NCBI GenBank assembly: GCA_032718475.1
Contig: JAUCBJ010008359.1
Location: 8,275 to 72,274 of the forward strand
Direction: 5' to 3'
Length of the DNA: 64,000 nt
From: Nemertoderma westbladi
Lineage: Eukaryota > Animalia > Xenacoelomorpha
Notes under the pieces: generated by a model
The model's database searches: none
Seen by the model: the letters and a program-made list of their open reading frames with translations, nothing else
What the model was told of the DNA's origin: nothing
In this document: one piece after another, positions 62,701 through 64,000 of the stretch
How the letters are laid out: the number at the start of each line of letters is the position of its first letter
Position numbering within the stretch: position 1 is the first letter of the stretch
Program-made: the position numbers and the translations under genes

Positions 62701-63264
62701 AAAGGTCGGAGTAATCTATTGCTCATCTCTTCCACCAAACAAATGAATTCGACCCATGTTCGCAAGAAAGTAGCTTTGAGAAATGGGAAATTTGCATGTG
62801 AATCCGCTCATATTCAACCAGAGACACAGTTTTCTCCACCACAATATATTGGCTGTAAGGGTTTATTCGGTTTACGCACTATCTATAGGGGTATCTTATA
62901 CTTATTCACAGATTACGCCGGAAAGATACATGAAGTTTGGGCAATTGACGGGATGCCTGGTTTCTACCAGATGGCTAACGCATTTGACAGCACGACTATG
63001 AAAAGACGTAGGAAAAATGCTGGTGAGACCACTCAGGCTGCAACTCAGGACGCTTCACGAATACATGGGGTTTACATTTCTGCCAAAACATTTGATGATC
63101 TTGTCGATTTGACCACAGAGATACATCACCAACAGGAGGAAGAATTTTATGCAAAAAGTAAAAATTCTAAGGATTTTAGTCAACAGATAGAAACGTTAGA
63201 AGATGATATAAAGGATAGATTGTCTAGAATTGAAGATATTCTATCAAAACTCTTGAAAAAGTAA
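59779..63264 (+). CDS. TRPA-family ankyrin-repeat cation channel (1161 aa, single exon)
   Basis: About 10-12 ankyrin repeats (GWSPLNRA, GRTALHIA, GNTALHFA), pre-S1 NHPFVTSLIEMKW, six hydrophobic segments, S6 LMNLLLGLAVSD, C-terminal coiled coil. Confidence 0.92.
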   Translation: MAEAMKTDGDVEEYAFKNVQTPIPIENTSDDQTTAPKNPTTTAQNQSTKAEKHNTVLEKTSVGSINQQQGTLKNLTNYTKDVYSSKVTQSKQVYLTGKRYGKQVYSSGKSKMKESNTYRRGHAHSNQFEKHRNKPSWVPEILSSFWRRGSVAASEASDMQQIENWYLNNELLITCEQQRPEEVGQLLSKGANVNAIDDYGWSPLNRALKAGELDTVRFLIQGGADVNKKHERWLSTPLQTLLYYRDDVNMLDLLFDAGAKETVGNVDNEGWNALHIASKKGRLECLKKIISKDLMFYATTDEAKRTILHLACYCGNVDVIEFVLDFSSGLFISQIFFDALGQTPAHLACIYGHIAVLKVMISHGLPFDCVNKANVTLLHTAAHYGHDNIVDWLLKDCPQLIVCQDEEGRQPLWVASHRGHTKIVEMLLGCGADTMACDKRGRTALHIASIKGNDSVLNALLPLLKDKHHASRVDKRTNDGRTGLHYASKGGHTSTLIKVLDHGANISQTDNDGNTALHFAFMFDAPASLMEQLLDRGVNTEARNTSDKTALDIGIENGNFHLIVNYLMHRGNNASLASLSPYLLKGMCRSTSCQDWETIFNKCIKLQDVEHDDTMMNIGESRLGKDRWVTVDIDLLKPQSKKSAISETSTSGHFERSEEFFLRKCELAPLQMITTKSDNIVLFNHPFVTSLIEMKWHRVGSIYNILVILLFFHLVTLCCHVVATLHYLEELPNLKLNNFTLYDISWWFLFSTSILMTLIEFIQFSVVKMFQYLSDLENILECGQILLSIWLLLMPFTHFTLVREVSAIAIVFSSGSFTLSGSKIKTLDIGVFIIIFRKIVNRLLRTTFYFMFIIGSFGAALHILSMSGQDNIISSLFNTLVWFSAGVEYQDENLNTKYGASHFLFLVFLLLGPIALMNLLLGLAVSDTKIILHESKAYCEKSRLEFIIEIERVGLRLRKIPVLRRLHRRIQLFVKGRSNLLLISSTKQMNSTHVRKKVALRNGKFACESAHIQPETQFSPPQYIGCKGLFGLRTIYRGILYLFTDYAGKIHEVWAIDGMPGFYQMANAFDSTTMKRRRKNAGETTQAATQDASRIHGVYISAKTFDDLVDLTTEIHHQQEEEFYAKSKNSKDFSQQIETLEDDIKDRLSRIEDILSKLLKK

Positions 63265-64000
63265 TCAAACCTTTGTTTTAATTCTTTGTTTAAATTCTTT
63301 AATTCTTTATTTATAATTATTTTAATCACACATGTTCCAGATAAGAATGTCTTACACTCACCACGTTGAATGATAATGATGGCATTATTTTATTTTACAT
63401 TTCCTCTAATATATTTATATGATTTTTTTACTAATATTAATTTATTTAATTAATATTTATTTATTATCTAATAGAATGAAGAGGGGATGCAATAACCAGG
63501 GGAGGATAAGGGAATATCAACACCCCCCCCCCCCCTCCCCCTCCCCACCTAAAAATTTAAACATAAAATTAATAAAATTTAAGTAAACATATGAATTTAA
63601 ATTCAAACAATAAATTTCACATAAATAAATTTAAAGAGCAAATTAGTATTGTTATTGTGATTTCGAAAAACATTCATTTAAGGGAATTAATAATTTATTT
63701 TGTTTTGGGTGTGGGGGGGGGGGGGGGTAATTCACTGCACACCATCAGTGATAATATGTTAAACTATAAAATAAAATGAAAATATAAAACATAAAAGTTT
63801 ATAGTATATATACTAATTGCTAGTGAACTGCTATTGTAGAATTATATATTCTGTCTGTTATTCGCAACTTATTTTCTCGAAGCTGATCTATGGGATTGAT
63901 TTAAATTACTAAAATTATATATATATGTTTAAGTTTGAATAACATAATATAATGTAATAAATAATTGAATATAAATTGTTTGATTCTAATGTTCATCTGT

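Overview
AT-rich, repeat-dense window from an invertebrate animal genome (spliceosomal introns, LINEs, SINEs, MITEs). It holds two host genes: a multi-exon Cys-rich mosaic protein (2x SUEL lectin, EGF, cystine knot, EGF, 3x ShK, resistin/PCSK9-like repeats; about 22.7-32.1 kb) and an intronless TRPA-family channel (59.8-63.3 kb). The main feature is an unusual BEL/Pao LTR retrotransposon family: a complete copy at 760-14011 (- strand, CAAGT TSD, nested in an RTE LINE) and a 3'-truncated copy at 37115-44197. A 3' remnant of a distantly related element lies at about 46500-50039. The two close copies have no tRNA primer-binding site; instead, the 13 nt next to the 5' LTR are the exact reverse complement of a 13-mer inside their own LTR, a geometry suggesting Tf1-like self-priming. 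The complete copy has lost RT and integrase. Where env would be, it carries a long non-env triple zinc-knuckle ORF behind a highly structured, IRES-like leader, and the distant remnant has the same cassette. Also present: perfect (TTAGC)n/(GCTAA)n telomere-like arrays at breakpoints, a frameshifted BAF-like gene and a 3x ~1.97 kb tandem amplification. All calls come from reading the sequence by eye; no database searches were run.
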